IMG/VR virus record: IMGVR_UViG_2537561965_000009
DNA from: a virus
Taxonomy: Duplodnaviria > Heunggongvirae > Uroviricota > Caudoviricetes
DNA length: 52,523 nt
Reading direction: 5' to 3' (one strand)
Each line of letters begins with the position of its first letter. Position 1 is the first letter of the stretch. The position numbers and the translations under genes are program-made. Positions 39,966 to 51,552 of the stretch are shown here, piece after piece. The notes beneath the pieces were generated by a model. The model was not told the origin of the DNA. It did not search any database and was given only the letters and a program-made list of their open reading frames with translations.

Positions 39966-40663
39966 TGCAGGATATCCGGCAGGAAACACTGAATGAATGC
40001 ACCCGTGCGGAGCAGTCGGCCAGCGTGGTGCTATGGGAAATCGACCTGACAGAGGTCGGTGGAGAACGTTATTTTTTCTGTAATGAGCAGAACGAAAAAG
40101 GTGAGCCGGTCACCTGGCAGGGGCGACAGTATCAGGCGTATCCCATTCAGGGGAGTGGTTTCGAACTGAATGGCAAAGGCACCAGTACGCGCCCCACGCT
40201 GACGGTTTCTAACCTGTACGGTATGGTCACCGGGATGGCGGAAGATATGCAGAGTCTGGTCGGCGGAACGGTGGTCCGGCGTAAGGTTTACGCCCGTTTT
40301 CTGGATGCGGTGAACTTCGTCAACGGAAACAGTTACGCCGATCCGGAGCAGGAGGTGATCAGCCGCTGGCGCATTGAGCAGTGCAGCGAACTGAGCGCGG
40401 TGAGTGCCTCCTTTGTACTGTCCACGCCGACGGAAACGGATGGCGCTGTTTTTCCGGGACGTATCATGCTGGCCAACACCTGCACCTGGACCTATCGCGG
40501 TGACGAGTGCGGTTATAGCGGTCCGGCTGTCGCGGATGAATATGACCAGCCAACGTCCGATATCACGAAGGATAAATGCAGCAAATGCCTGAGCGGTTGT
40601 AAGTTCCGCAATAACGTCGGCAACTTTGGCGGCTTCCTTTCCATTAACAAACTTTCGCAGTAA
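39965..40663 (+). CDS. L: tail tip protein L
   Basis: 232-aa ORF; lambda L-like. Confidence 0.9.
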   Translation: MQDIRQETLNECTRAEQSASVVLWEIDLTEVGGERYFFCNEQNEKGEPVTWQGRQYQAYPIQGSGFELNGKGTSTRPTLTVSNLYGMVTGMAEDMQSLVGGTVVRRKVYARFLDAVNFVNGNSYADPEQEVISRWRIEQCSELSAVSASFVLSTPTETDGAVFPGRIMLANTCTWTYRGDECGYSGPAVADEYDQPTSDITKDKCSKCLSGCKFRNNVGNFGGFLSINKLSQ

Positions 40664-40668
40664 ATCCC

Positions 40669-41412
40669 ATGACACAGACAGAATCAGCGATTCTGGCGCA
40701 CGCCCGGCGATGTGCGCCAGCGGAGTCGTGCGGCTTCGTGGTAAGCACGCCGGAGGGGGAAAGATATTTTCCCTGCGTGAATATCTCCGGTGAGCCGGAG
40801 GCGTATTTCCGTATGTCGCCGGAAGACTGGCTGCAGGCAGAAATGCAGGGTGAGATTGTGGCGCTGGTCCACAGCCACCCCGGTGGTCTGCCCTGGCTGA
40901 GTGAGGCCGACCGGCGGCTGCAGGTGCAGAGTGATTTGCCGTGGTGGCTGGTCTGCCGGGGGACGATTCATAAGTTCCGCTGTGTGCCGCATCTCACCGG
41001 GCGGCGCTTTGAGCACGGTGTGACGGACTGTTACACACTGTTCCGGGATGCTTATCATCTGGCGGGGATTGAGATGCCGGACTTTTATCGTGAGGATGAC
41101 TGGTGGCGTAACGGCCAGAATCTCTATCTGGATAATCTGGAGGCGACGGGGCTGTATCAGGTGCCGTTGTCAGCGGCACAGCCGGGCGATGTGCTGCTGT
41201 GCTGTTTTGGTTCATCAGTGCCGAATCACGCCGCAATTTACTGCGGCGACGGCGAGCTGCTGCACCATATTCCTGAACAACTGAGCAAACGAGAGAGGTA
41301 CACCGACAAATGGCAGCGACGCACACACTCCCTCTGGCGTCACCGGGCATGGCGCGCATCTGCCTTTACGGGGATTTACAACGATTTGGTCGCCGCATCG
41401 ACCTTCGTGTGA
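40669..41412 (+). CDS. K: tail tip assembly protein K (JAMM/MPN plus NlpC/P60-like domains)
   Basis: 247-aa ORF; JAMM motif EIVALVHSHPGGLPWLSEAD; C-terminal Cys/His peptidase-like region. Confidence 0.85.
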   Translation: MTQTESAILAHARRCAPAESCGFVVSTPEGERYFPCVNISGEPEAYFRMSPEDWLQAEMQGEIVALVHSHPGGLPWLSEADRRLQVQSDLPWWLVCRGTIHKFRCVPHLTGRRFEHGVTDCYTLFRDAYHLAGIEMPDFYREDDWWRNGQNLYLDNLEATGLYQVPLSAAQPGDVLLCCFGSSVPNHAAIYCGDGELLHHIPEQLSKRERYTDKWQRRTHSLWRHRAWRASAFTGIYNDLVAASTFV

Positions 41413-41981
41413 AAACGGGGGCTGAAGCCATCCGGGCACTGGCCACACAGCTCCCGGCGTTTCGTCAGAAACTGAGCGACGGCTGGTATCAGGTACGGAT
41501 TGCCGGGCGGGACGTCAGCACGTCCGGGTTAACGGCGCAGTTACATGAGACTCTGCCTGATGGCGCTGTGATTCATATTGTTCCCAGAGTCGCCGGGGCC
41601 AAGTCAGGTGGCGTATTCCAGATTGTCCTGGGGGCTGCCGCCATTGCCGGATCATTCTTTACCGCCGGAGCCACCCTTGCAGCATGGGGGGCAGCCATTG
41701 GGACCGGTGGTATGACCGGCATCCTGTTTTCTCTCGGTGCCAGTATGGTGCTCGGTGGTGTGGCGCAGATGCTGGCACCGAAAGCCAGAACTCCCCGTAC
41801 ACAGACAACGGATAACGGTAAGCAGAACACCTATTTCTCCTCACTGGATAACATGGTTGCCCAGGGCAATGTTCTGCCTGTTCTGTACGGGGAAATGCGC
41901 GTGGGGTCTCGCGTGGTTTCTCAGGAGATCAGCACGGCAGACGAAGGGGACGGTGGTCAGGTTGTGGTGATTGGTCGCTGA
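41310..41981 (+). CDS. I: tail tip assembly protein I
   Basis: 223-aa ORF overlapping the end of K. Confidence 0.9.
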   Translation: MAATHTLPLASPGMARICLYGDLQRFGRRIDLRVKTGAEAIRALATQLPAFRQKLSDGWYQVRIAGRDVSTSGLTAQLHETLPDGAVIHIVPRVAGAKSGGVFQIVLGAAAIAGSFFTAGATLAAWGAAIGTGGMTGILFSLGASMVLGGVAQMLAPKARTPRTQTTDNGKQNTYFSSLDNMVAQGNVLPVLYGEMRVGSRVVSQEISTADEGDGGQVVVIGR

Positions 41982-42041
41982 TGCAAAATGTTTTATGTGA
42001 AACCGCCTGCGGGCGGTTTTGTCATTTATGGAGCGTGAGGA

Positions 42042-45000
42042 ATGGGTAAAGGCAGCAGTAAGGGGCATACCCCGCGCGAAGCGAAGGACAACCTGAAGTC
42101 CACGCAGCTGCTGAGTGTGATCGATGCCATCAGCGAAGGGCCGGTTGAAGGTCCGGTGGATGGATTAAAAAGCGTGCTGCTGAACAGTACGCCAGTGCTG
42201 GACACTGAGGGGAATACCAACATCTCCGGTGTCACGGTGGTGTTCCGTGCCGGTGAGCAGGAGCAGACACCGCCGGAGGGGTTTGAATCCTCCGGCTCCG
42301 AGACGGTGCTGGGTACGGAAGTGAAATATGACACGCCGATCACCCGCACCATTACGTCTGCAAACATCGACCGACTGCGCTTTACCTTCGGTGTGCAGGC
42401 ACTGGTGGAAACCACCTCAAAGGGGGACCGGAATCCGTCGGAAGTTCGCCTGCTGGTTCAGATACAGCGTAATGGTGGCTGGGTGACGGAAAAAGACATC
42501 ACCATTAAGGGCAAAACCACCTCGCAGTATCTGGCCTCGGTGGTGGTGGATAATCTGCCGCCGCGCCCGTTCAACATCCGGATGCGCAGGATGACGCCGG
42601 ACAGCACCACAGACCAGCTGCAGAACAAAACGCTCTGGTCGTCATACACCGAAATCATCGATGTGAAACAGTGCTACCCGAACACGGCACTGGTCGGCGT
42701 ACAGGTGGATTCGGAGCAGTTCGGCAGCCAGCAGGTGAGCCGTAATTATCATCTTCGCGGGCGTATTCTGCAGGTGCCGTCGAACTATAACCCGCAGACG
42801 CGGCAATACAGCGGTATCTGGGACGGAACGTTTAAGCCAGCATACAGCAACAACATGGCCTGGTGTCTGTGGGATATGCTGACCCACCCGCGCTACGGCA
42901 TGGGTAAACGTCTTGGTGCGGCAGATGTGGATAAATGGGCGCTGTATGTCATCGGCCAGTGTTGCGACCAGTCGGTGCCGGACGGTTTTGGCGGCACGGA
43001 GCCGCGCATCACCTGTAATGCGTACCTGACCACACAGCGTAAGGCGTGGGATGTTCTCAGTGATTTCTGCTCGGCGATGCGCTGTATGCCGGTATGGAAC
43101 GGGCAGACGCTGACGTTCGTGCAGGACCGACCATCAGATAAGGTGTGGACCTATAACCGCAGTAATGTGGTGATGCCGGATGATGGCGCGCCGTTCCGCT
43201 ACAGCTTCAGCGCCCTGAAGGACCGCCATAATGCCGTTGAGGTGAGCTGGATTGACCCGAACAACGGCTGGGAGACGGCGACAGAGCTTGTTGAAGATAC
43301 GCAGGCCATTGCCCGTTACGGTCGTAATGTCACGAAGATGGATGCCTTTGGCTGTACCAGCCGGGGGCAGGCACACCGCGCCGGGCTGTGGCTGATTAAA
43401 ACGGAACTGCTGGAGACGCAGACCGTGGATTTCAGCGTGGGTGCTGAAGGGCTTCGCCATGTACCGGGCGATGTCATTGAAATCTGCGATGATGACTATG
43501 CCGGTATCAGCACCGGTGGTCGCGTGCTGGCGGTAAACAGCCAGACCCGGACGTTGACGCTCGACCGTGAAATCACGCTGCCATCCTCCGGTACCACGCT
43601 GATAAGCCTGGTTGACGGAAGTGGTAATCCGGTCAGCGTGGAGGTTCAGTCCGTCACCGACGGCGTGAAGGTGAAAGTGAACCGGGTTCCTGACGGCGTT
43701 GCAGAATACAGCGTGTGGGGGCTGAAGTTGCCGACGTTGCGTCAGCGCCTGTTCCGCTGTGTGAGTATCCGTGAGAACGATGACGGCACGTATGCCATCA
43801 CTGCCGTGCAGCATGTACCGGAAAAAGAAGCCATCGTGGATAACGGGGCGCACTTTGACGGCGACCAGAGCGGCACGGTGAATGGTGTCACGCCGCCAGC
43901 GGTGCAGCACCTGACCGCCGAAGTCACCGCAGACAGTGGGGAATATCAGGTGCTGGCCCGCTGGGACACGCCGAAGGTGGTGAAGGGCGTGAGCTTCCTG
44001 CTTCGCCTGACCGTGGCAGCGGATGACGGCAGTGAGCGGCTGGTCAGCACGGCCCGGACGACGGAAACCACATACCGCTTCACGCAACTGGCGCTGGGGC
44101 GTTACATGCTGACGGTCCGGGCGGTAAATGCGTGGGAGCTGCAGGGCGATCCGGCATCGGTATCGTTCCGGATTGCCGCACCGGCAGCGCCGTCTCGGAT
44201 TGAGCTGACACCGGGCTATTTTCAGATAACCGCCACGCCACATCTTGCGGTTTATGACCCGACGGTACAGTTTGAGTTCTGGTTCTCGGAAAAACGGATT
44301 GCGGATATCAGGCAGGTTGAAACCACAGCCCGCTATCTTGGTACGGCGCTGTACTGGATAGCCGCCAGTATCAATATCAAACCGGGCCATGATTATTACT
44401 TTTATATCCGCAGTGTGAACACCGTTGGCAAATCGGCATTCGTGGAGGCCGTCGGTCGGGCGAGCGATGATGCGGAAGGTTACCTGGATTTTTTCAAAGG
44501 CAAGATAACCGAATCCCATCTTGGTAAAGAGCTGCTGGAAAAAGTCGACCTGACGGAGGATAACGCCAGCAAACTGGAGCAGTTTTCGAAAGAGTGGAAG
44601 GATGCTAACGATAAGTGGAATGCCATGTGGGGCGTCAAAATTGAGCAGACCAAAGACGGTAAACATTATGTCGCGGGTATTGGCCTCAGCATGGAGGACA
44701 CGGAGGAAGGCAAACTGAGCCAGTTTCTGGTTGCCGCCAATCGTATCGCGTTTATTGACCCGGCAAACGGGAATGAAACGCCGATGTTTGTGGCGCAGGG
44801 CAACCAGATATTCATGAACGACGTGTTCCTGAAGCGCCTGACGGCCCCCACCATTACCAGCGGTGGAAATCCACCGGCATTTTCCCTGACACCGGACGGA
44901 AAGCTGACCGCTAAAAATGCGGATATCAGTGGCAGTGTGAATGCGAACGCCGGGACGCTCAACAATGTCACGGTAAATGAAAACTGTACGATTAAGGGCA

Positions 45001-45455
45001 TGCTGGAGGCGACTCAGGTCAGAGGTGACTTCGTTAAAGCTGTATCCAAATCATTCCCGAAACAGGCTGGTACGTGGGGTAATACGGAAACACCAAACGG
45101 GACGGTTACAGTCACCATCAGCGATGATCATAACTTTGACCGTCAAATCATTATTCCGCCCATTATCTTTAACGGAATAGCGTATAGCGATCCGGGAAGT
45201 GGTAATAACCCGGGAGGTACAAGATACACGGGTTATGGTTTTGAAGTTCGCAAAAACGGTGTATTAATCGCATCCAGAGAAACTAAAGGGGCCATTCCCG
45301 GTAGCTACAGTGCGGTTATTGATATGCCGAGTGGCAGGGGAAGCGTCACTCTGGAGTTTAAGGTTTTCCATAAAGGCAATCAGCGGGCAGGTAATATCAC
45401 CGACTGTACGGTGATTGTGACCAAAAAAGCGGCTTCAGGCATCAGTATTCGTTGA
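42042..45455 (+). CDS. J: central tail fibre / host specificity protein J
   Basis: 1137-aa ORF; lambda J-like over most of its length, with the last roughly 150 residues divergent from lambda J as I recall it. Confidence 0.9.
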   Translation: MGKGSSKGHTPREAKDNLKSTQLLSVIDAISEGPVEGPVDGLKSVLLNSTPVLDTEGNTNISGVTVVFRAGEQEQTPPEGFESSGSETVLGTEVKYDTPITRTITSANIDRLRFTFGVQALVETTSKGDRNPSEVRLLVQIQRNGGWVTEKDITIKGKTTSQYLASVVVDNLPPRPFNIRMRRMTPDSTTDQLQNKTLWSSYTEIIDVKQCYPNTALVGVQVDSEQFGSQQVSRNYHLRGRILQVPSNYNPQTRQYSGIWDGTFKPAYSNNMAWCLWDMLTHPRYGMGKRLGAADVDKWALYVIGQCCDQSVPDGFGGTEPRITCNAYLTTQRKAWDVLSDFCSAMRCMPVWNGQTLTFVQDRPSDKVWTYNRSNVVMPDDGAPFRYSFSALKDRHNAVEVSWIDPNNGWETATELVEDTQAIARYGRNVTKMDAFGCTSRGQAHRAGLWLIKTELLETQTVDFSVGAEGLRHVPGDVIEICDDDYAGISTGGRVLAVNSQTRTLTLDREITLPSSGTTLISLVDGSGNPVSVEVQSVTDGVKVKVNRVPDGVAEYSVWGLKLPTLRQRLFRCVSIRENDDGTYAITAVQHVPEKEAIVDNGAHFDGDQSGTVNGVTPPAVQHLTAEVTADSGEYQVLARWDTPKVVKGVSFLLRLTVAADDGSERLVSTARTTETTYRFTQLALGRYMLTVRAVNAWELQGDPASVSFRIAAPAAPSRIELTPGYFQITATPHLAVYDPTVQFEFWFSEKRIADIRQVETTARYLGTALYWIAASINIKPGHDYYFYIRSVNTVGKSAFVEAVGRASDDAEGYLDFFKGKITESHLGKELLEKVDLTEDNASKLEQFSKEWKDANDKWNAMWGVKIEQTKDGKHYVAGIGLSMEDTEEGKLSQFLVAANRIAFIDPANGNETPMFVAQGNQIFMNDVFLKRLTAPTITSGGNPPAFSLTPDGKLTAKNADISGSVNANAGTLNNVTVNENCTIKGMLEATQVRGDFVKAVSKSFPKQAGTWGNTETPNGTVTVTISDDHNFDRQIIIPPIIFNGIAYSDPGSGNNPGGTRYTGYGFEVRKNGVLIASRETKGAIPGSYSAVIDMPSGRGSVTLEFKVFHKGNQRAGNITDCTVIVTKKAASGISIR

Positions 45456-45477
45456 AATATTTATAACCCCAATAAAT

Positions 45478-45501
45478 GGCGTCAGGAATGACGCCTTTTT
45501 T
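45478..45501 (+). terminator. rho-independent terminator after J
   Basis: GGCGTCA-GGAA-TGACGCC hairpin followed by TTTTTT. Confidence 0.65.
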
Positions 45502-45525
45502 ATTGCAGAAAAGCGAGAGGTAATT

Positions 45526-46125
45526 ATGCGTAAAGTTTGTGCAGCCATTTTGTCCGCAGCCATTTGTCTGGCCGTATCCGGTGCGCCTGCATGGGCGTCT
45601 GAACATCAGTCCACGCTGAGCGCGGGGTATCTTCATGCCCGGACCAACGTTCCCGGCAGTGATGATCTGAACGGGATTAACGTGAAATACCGTTATGAGT
45701 TTACGGATACGCTGGGGCTGGTGACGTCATTCAGCTATGCAGGAGACAAGAATCGCCAGCTGACCCATTACAGCGATACCCGCTGGCATGAAGATTCCGT
45801 TCGTAACCGCTGGTTCAGCGTAATGGCGGGGCCGTCTGTGCGCGTGAATGAATGGTTCAGCGCGTATGCGATGGCGGGTGTGGCTTACAGCCGTGTGTCG
45901 ACTTTCTCCGGGGATTATCTCCGCGTAACTGACAACAAGGGGAAAACGCACGACGTGCTGACCGGAAGTGATGACGGTCGCCACAGCAACACGTCTCTGG
46001 CGTGGGGAGCTGGCGTGCAGTTTAACCCGACCGAATCCGTGGCCATTGATATTGCTTATGAAGGCTCCGGCAGTGGCGACTGGCGCACTGACGGTTTCAT
46101 CGTGGGTGTCGGTTATAAGTTCTGA
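45526..46125 (+). CDS. lom: Lom-family outer-membrane beta-barrel protein (Ail/Lom/PagC-like)
   Basis: 199-aa ORF with signal peptide and a C-terminal ...DIAYEGSGSGDWRTDGFIVGVGYKF beta-barrel ending in Phe; GAGAGG SD. Confidence 0.85.
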   Translation: MRKVCAAILSAAICLAVSGAPAWASEHQSTLSAGYLHARTNVPGSDDLNGINVKYRYEFTDTLGLVTSFSYAGDKNRQLTHYSDTRWHEDSVRNRWFSVMAGPSVRVNEWFSAYAMAGVAYSRVSTFSGDYLRVTDNKGKTHDVLTGSDDGRHSNTSLAWGAGVQFNPTESVAIDIAYEGSGSGDWRTDGFIVGVGYKF

Positions 46126-46153
46126 TTAGCCAGGTAACACAGTGTTATGACAG

Positions 46154-46178
46154 CCCGCCGGTTCAGGCGGGCTTTTTT
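46154..46178 (+). terminator. rho-independent terminator after lom
   Basis: GCCCGCC-GTTCA-GGCGGGC hairpin followed by TTTTTT. Confidence 0.7.
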
Positions 46179-46189
46179 GTGGGGTGAAT

Positions 46190-49100
46190 ATGGCAGTAAA
46201 GATTTCAGGTGTACTGAAAGACGGCACAGGAAAACCGGTACAGAACTGCACAATCCAGCTGAAAGCAAAACGTAACAGCACCACGGTGGTGGTGAACACG
46301 CTGGCCTCAGAAAATCCGGATGAAGCCGGGCGTTACAGCATGGACGTTGAGTACGGTCAGTACAGCGTTATTCTGTTGGTGGAAGGATTCCCGCCGTCAC
46401 ATGCCGGGACCATCACCGTGTATGAAGATTCCCGACCCGGTACGCTGAATGATTTTCTCGGTGCCATGACGGAGGATGATGCCCGTCCTGAGGCACTGCG
46501 CCGTTTTGAACTGATGGTGGAAGAGGTGGCGCGTAACGCGTCCGCGGTGGCACAGAACACGGCAGCCGCGAAGAAGTCAGCCAGCGATGCCGGCACATCA
46601 GCCCGTGAGGCGGCAACCCATGCGACTGATGCTGCAGGCTCAGCACGCGCAGCCAGCACGTCAGCCGGACAGGCTGCTTCGTCGGCTCAGTCAGCGTCTT
46701 CCAGCGCAGGAACGGCATCAACAAAGGCCACTGAAGCATTAAAAAGTGCTGCCGCTGCAGAGTCCTCAAAAAGCGCGGCGGCTACCAGTGCCGGTGCGGC
46801 GAAAACGTCAGAAACGAATGCGGCAGCGTCACAACAATCAGCAGCCACTTCTGCATCCACCGCGACTACGAAAGCGTCAGAAGCAGCCACTTCAGCACGG
46901 GATGCGTCGGCTTCAAAAGAGGCGGCAAAATCATCAGAAACGAACGCAGCCTCGAGCGCCAGCAGCGCAGCTTCCTCGGCAACGGCGGCAGCAAATTCTG
47001 CGAAGGCGGCAAAAACGTCTGAGACAAACGCCAGGTCTTCTGAAACGGCAGCGGAACAGAGTGCCTCAGCTGCGGCAGGCTCAAAAACAGCGGCTGCGTC
47101 GTCTGCCAGTGCAGCGTCAACAAGTGCCGGGCAGGCCTCAGCCAGTGCCACCGCCGCCGGAAAATCGGCAGAAAGCGCCGCATCGTCTGCTTCAACAGCC
47201 ACAACGAAGGCTGGCGAAGCCACTGAACAGGCCAGCGCAGCAGCGAGGTCTGCTTCCGCAGCGAAGACATCCGAAACGAACGCGAAAGCGTCGGAAACCA
47301 GCGCAGAATCCTCAAAAACGGCTGCCGCATCGTCCGCCAGTTCGGCGGCGTCATCGGCATCATCTGCGTCTGCTTCAAAAGATGAGGCGACCAGACAAGC
47401 GTCAGCAGCGAAGAGCAGCGCCACGACGGCATCCACGAAGGCAACAGAGGCGGCAGGCAGTGCGACGGCAGCATCTCAGAGCAAAACTACTGCTGAATCC
47501 GCTGCGACCCGTGCGGAAGCTGCTGCTGATCGTGCTGAAGAGATTGCCGGTGCAGTTGCGATGGAAGACGCAAGCCTTACAACTAAAGGTGTTGTGAAAC
47601 TTAGCAGTGCTGTTGATAGCACCAGTGAATCGCTGGCCGCAACGCCAAAAGCAGTTAAAGCAGCCAATGACAATGCGAATAGCAGGGTGCCATCTAACCG
47701 AAAAGTTAACGGAAAAGCACTGACTGCGGATATAACATTAACGCCGAAAGATATTGGTACTTTAAATTCAGTAACGATGTCTTTCTCTGGCGGGGCTGGG
47801 TGGTTCAAACTGGCTACGGTTACCATGCCACAAGCGAGTTCCATCGTTTACATCGCATTGATTGGTGGCGCTGGTTACAACGTCGGTTCCCCACATCAGG
47901 CAGGCATTTCAGAACTGGTTCTACGAGCAGGCAATGGAAACCCCAAAGGAATTACCGGGGCTTTGTGGAAGCGTACAGCCGTCGGATTAACGAATTTCGC
48001 CTGGATCAACACATCCGGCGATACATATGATATTTACGTTGAGATTGGCAATTATGCGACGAGTGTAAATATCCATTGGGATTGTACTGCAAATGCGTCA
48101 GTTTCTGTTTATACCTCGCCAACATATTCAGCGAGTAAGCCTTCCAGCGTTACCTATGGTGTTGTTTATACGATGTATAGCTCACATCAGAAACCTACAC
48201 CATCAGATATTGGAGCACTGCCAACAACCGGAGGAACAGTTTCAGGTCCGTTGTCTGTTACAGGTGGATTAACTGGTTCATTGAATGGTAATGCAAGTAC
48301 AGCCACGAAATTGCAGACGGCAAGATCTATCGGTGGAGTTGTTTTCGACGGTTCTGCAAATATTAACCTTCCAGGTGTAAACACTACGGGTAATCAGAAC
48401 ACCACTGGTAATGCTGCAACTGCTACAAAACTTCAGACTGCAAGAAAAATATCCGGTGTTCCATTTGATGGTTCTACTGATATCACTTTAACCGCCGCGC
48501 ATGTGGCTGCTTTTGCCAGAAGGGCAACGGATACATATGCCGATGCGGATGGTGGCGTTCCCTGGAATGCCGAATCAGGCGCTTACAATGTCACCCGCTC
48601 TGGCTACACCTATATTCTGGTTAACTTCTATACCGGAGTCGGAAGTTGCCGGACCCTGCAGATGAAGGCGCATTACAGAAATGGAGGTCTGTTCTACCGT
48701 TCCTCAAGAGATGGCTATGGTTTTGAGGAAGGCTGGGCAGAAGTTTATACCTCGAAAAATCTTCCACCAGAAAGCTACCCAGTTGGCGCACCAATCCCGT
48801 GGCCATCAGATACCGTTCCGTCTGGTTATGCCCTGATGCAGGGGCAGACTTTTGACAAATCTGCTTACCCGAAACTTGCAGCGGCTTATCCGTCAGGCGT
48901 GATCCCTGATATGCGTGGCTGGACGATTAAGGGCAAGCCCGCCAGTGGTCGTGCCGTATTGTCTCAGGAACAGGATGGCATTAAATCGCATACCCACAGC
49001 GCCAGCGCATCCAGTACGGATTTGGGGACGAAAACCACATCGTCGTTTGATTACGGCACTAAATCCACGAATAACACCGGGGCGCATACCCATAGTATTA

Positions 49101-49468
49101 GCGGGACCGCAAATAGTGCCGGTGCGCACCAACACAAGAGTTCCGGTGCATTTGGTGGCACGAACACGAGCATTTTCCCTAATGGTTATACCGCGATTTC
49201 AAATCCAAGCGCGGGGATTATGAGCACAACAAGCGGTAGTGGCCAGACTCGTAATGCAGGGAAGACATCATCAGATGGTGCTCATACCCACTCGCTGTCC
49301 GGCACAGCAGCATCTGCAGGTGCACATGCACATACTGTCGGTATTGGTGCGCATACGCACTCGGTTGCGATTGGTTCACATGGACACACCATCACCGTTA
49401 ACGCTGCTGGTAACGCGGAAAACACCGTCAAAAACATCGCATTTAACTATATTGTGAGGCTTGCATAA
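46190..49468 (+). CDS. stf: side tail fibre protein Stf (long form with Ala/Ser-rich repeat array and His-rich distal tip)
   Basis: About 1092 aa from ATG 46190; N-terminus [26 protein letters not shown] (lambda Stf-like); long A/S/T-rich repeats containing KTSETNA units; C-terminal HxH-rich segment [20 protein letters not shown]...[18 protein letters not shown] typical of fibre tips. Confidence 0.85.
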   Translation: MAVKISGVLKDGTGKPVQNCTIQLKAKRNSTTVVVNTLASENPDEAGRYSMDVEYGQYSVILLVEGFPPSHAGTITVYEDSRPGTLNDFLGAMTEDDARPEALRRFELMVEEVARNASAVAQNTAAAKKSASDAGTSAREAATHATDAAGSARAASTSAGQAASSAQSASSSAGTASTKATEALKSAAAAESSKSAAATSAGAAKTSETNAAASQQSAATSASTATTKASEAATSARDASASKEAAKSSETNAASSASSAASSATAAANSAKAAKTSETNARSSETAAEQSASAAAGSKTAAASSASAASTSAGQASASATAAGKSAESAASSASTATTKAGEATEQASAAARSASAAKTSETNAKASETSAESSKTAAASSASSAASSASSASASKDEATRQASAAKSSATTASTKATEAAGSATAASQSKTTAESAATRAEAAADRAEEIAGAVAMEDASLTTKGVVKLSSAVDSTSESLAATPKAVKAANDNANSRVPSNRKVNGKALTADITLTPKDIGTLNSVTMSFSGGAGWFKLATVTMPQASSIVYIALIGGAGYNVGSPHQAGISELVLRAGNGNPKGITGALWKRTAVGLTNFAWINTSGDTYDIYVEIGNYATSVNIHWDCTANASVSVYTSPTYSASKPSSVTYGVVYTMYSSHQKPTPSDIGALPTTGGTVSGPLSVTGGLTGSLNGNASTATKLQTARSIGGVVFDGSANINLPGVNTTGNQNTTGNAATATKLQTARKISGVPFDGSTDITLTAAHVAAFARRATDTYADADGGVPWNAESGAYNVTRSGYTYILVNFYTGVGSCRTLQMKAHYRNGGLFYRSSRDGYGFEEGWAEVYTSKNLPPESYPVGAPIPWPSDTVPSGYALMQGQTFDKSAYPKLAAAYPSGVIPDMRGWTIKGKPASGRAVLSQEQDGIKSHTHSASASSTDLGTKTTSSFDYGTKSTNNTGAHTHSISGTANSAGAHQHKSSGAFGGTNTSIFPNGYTAISNPSAGIMSTTSGSGQTRNAGKTSSDGAHTHSLSGTAASAGAHAHTVGIGAHTHSVAIGSHGHTITVNAAGNAENTVKNIAFNYIVRLA

Positions 49469-50049
49469 TGGCATTCAGAATGAGTGAACAACCACGGACC
49501 ATAAAAATTTATAATCTGCTGTCCGGAACTAATGAATTTATTGGTGAAGGTGATGCATATATTCCGCCTCATACAGGTCTGCCAGCAAACAGTACCGACA
49601 TTGCACCGCCAGATATTCCAGCTGGCTTCGTGGCTGTTTTCAACAGTGATGAGTCATCGTGGCATCTCGTTGAAGATCATCGGGGTAAAACGGTTTATGA
49701 CGTGGCTTCCGGCGACGCGTTATTTATTTCTGAACTCGGCTCATTACCGGAAAATGTCACCTGGTTATCCCCGGAAGGGGAGTTTCAGAAGTGGAACGGC
49801 ACAGCCTGGGTGAAAGATGCAGAAGCAGAAAAACTATTCCGGATCCGGGAGGCGGAAGAAACAAAAAACAGCCTGATGCAGGCAGCGAATGAGCATATTG
49901 CGCCACTTCAGGATGCTGTAGATCTGGAGATCGCAACGGAGGAAGAAACTTCGTTGCTGGAAGTCTGGAAAAAGTATCGGGTGTTGCTGAACCGTGTTAA
50001 TACAACAACTGCTCCGGATATTGAATGGCCAGTAGCACCTATAGGGTAA
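49468..50049 (+). CDS. tfa: tail fibre assembly protein Tfa
   Basis: 193-aa ORF, ATG overlapping the stf stop. Confidence 0.85.
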   Translation: MAFRMSEQPRTIKIYNLLSGTNEFIGEGDAYIPPHTGLPANSTDIAPPDIPAGFVAVFNSDESSWHLVEDHRGKTVYDVASGDALFISELGSLPENVTWLSPEGEFQKWNGTAWVKDAEAEKLFRIREAEETKNSLMQAANEHIAPLQDAVDLEIATEEETSLLEVWKKYRVLLNRVNTTTAPDIEWPVAPIG

Positions 50050-50908
50050 ATTCGTAATGATTACCTAAATACGTTATTCTTTTGTTCAAAAAGTGATTTT
50101 GCTATAGGTAGGGAGTATGTTCTTGGATTAAGAATAAAAAATCGCCATGAAAGAGCTTCATGGCGAGTACATAAACGTACAAAATGTGATGAAAGTAGAG
50201 TGGCGTAAGCCACTATATTAAGATGTGACAATAGCGAACAAAAGTAAATAATATTTTATGGACGTTTAATTGTTAATTATAAAAACTAGAGTGCCCGATA
50301 TTGTTTATCTTGCTTTAAAATAATGTACTCAAACCAAATTTTTGAGCTAAAAGCTCAAATAATATAAATGCAATGATAATGTTTAATAAGACAATTAGCT
50401 TGCTTTGTATTTTCATTTCGGAATACTGTTAAGTAACTTTGATGACCCTAACAATAGATCGGAATTTTCTTAGAGTCAATGGTCACTGTTTTTGTTTGCA
50501 AAGCAAATGTTTTGGTGGTTATAAGTTGTCTTAATATAGTCACGCATGCAACTTGCTCCATGCGGAGATTAAAGATTGGAATATAACGCGAAGATGGAAT
50601 TAAATTACATTTGCAATAATCAATTTATTATTACTCAATAATTACCGATATTATTATTGTAAATTAATCATTAGAGTGCAAAAAGAAATGTAACGGCAAA
50701 ATAAGAGGACGATAGCTGAGAAAAAAGCGTGCTTTCCCAATCTGGGGCAAATCACGTCTGAATGACACCTGAAAACAGGTAGTAGCCTCAAGAAGGCTTG
50801 GAATATTCTTCTTTAATGTTATGTAATTCATTGATTTTTCGTGTACGATTTTAAGACATTTATTCCAAGAAAAATTTTTAACTCTTTGATTTTTCGACTC
50901 TGTATCAT

Positions 50909-50970
50909 CGGTCTCGAAAACCGGAGTAGGGGCAACTCTACCGGGGGTTCAAATCCCCCTCTCTCCGCCA
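50909..50970 (+). other. 3' fragment of a tRNA-Ser gene (serU-like), putative attR core of the prophage
   Basis: CGGTCTCGAAAACCGGAGTAGGGGCAACTCTACCGGGGGTTCAAATCCCCCTCTCTCCGCCA matches the anticodon arm through 3' CCA end of a seryl tRNA with a long variable arm as recalled; the 5' half is absent. Confidence 0.65.
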
Positions 50971-51552
50971 CTTTATCAATGACTTATCTCCCGACTTCCC
51001 GCCTTGCTTTTCCTAAACAGAACAATCGTAGAATATTCTTGAAGGGTTAGATCGTCACTGTTTTCTGTTCGATACTGTGACATTCAGCACTTGATTCGCT
51101 ATGGATCTGACAGGAAGGTTTTGAGCGAAAATTTGCAGTTATTCAGTCGTTTTCTTATCGGTCACCATTATTCTTTTAGACATTGATCCTACAAAGCTGC
51201 CGCAAAGTTGGTGGTAGGAACTGAAGTTGCGTAGAGAAGGGGTCAATACCCGGAGGCAAACATGGGCTGGCAAAAGTGTAGCGGTATTAGGCGCAGCTAT
51301 TTAGCCTAGTTATGTTTTATGAAAACTTGATATCATATAAGTGTCTTACTTATTGGCTGTAAATAAGTTTTTCCTAAGGAATTGTTTCTTGAGTATCATT
51401 TGTAACTGTAACGGAATTTATAATCCTTTGCTTTATTGTTACGGTATTTTTTATCACACCCTATTTTTAGTGGTTTTTTATACTGAAGTTTGGCAAAGTG
51501 AACTTTATATACATATACTTCATCCTGGTTTCAGTTAAATTGGGTGGATGAT

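Noticed and set aside
43134-44666. 510-aa ORF antisense to J
   Set aside because: Long antisense ORF in a GC-rich gene; Arg-rich, low-complexity translation, and J is fully supported on the plus strand
46357-47844. Overlapping ORFs up to 283 aa in both strands within the stf repeat region
   Set aside because: Products are extremely Arg/Gln/Pro- or Ala/Asp-rich, generated by reading the Ala/Ser repeat array in other frames
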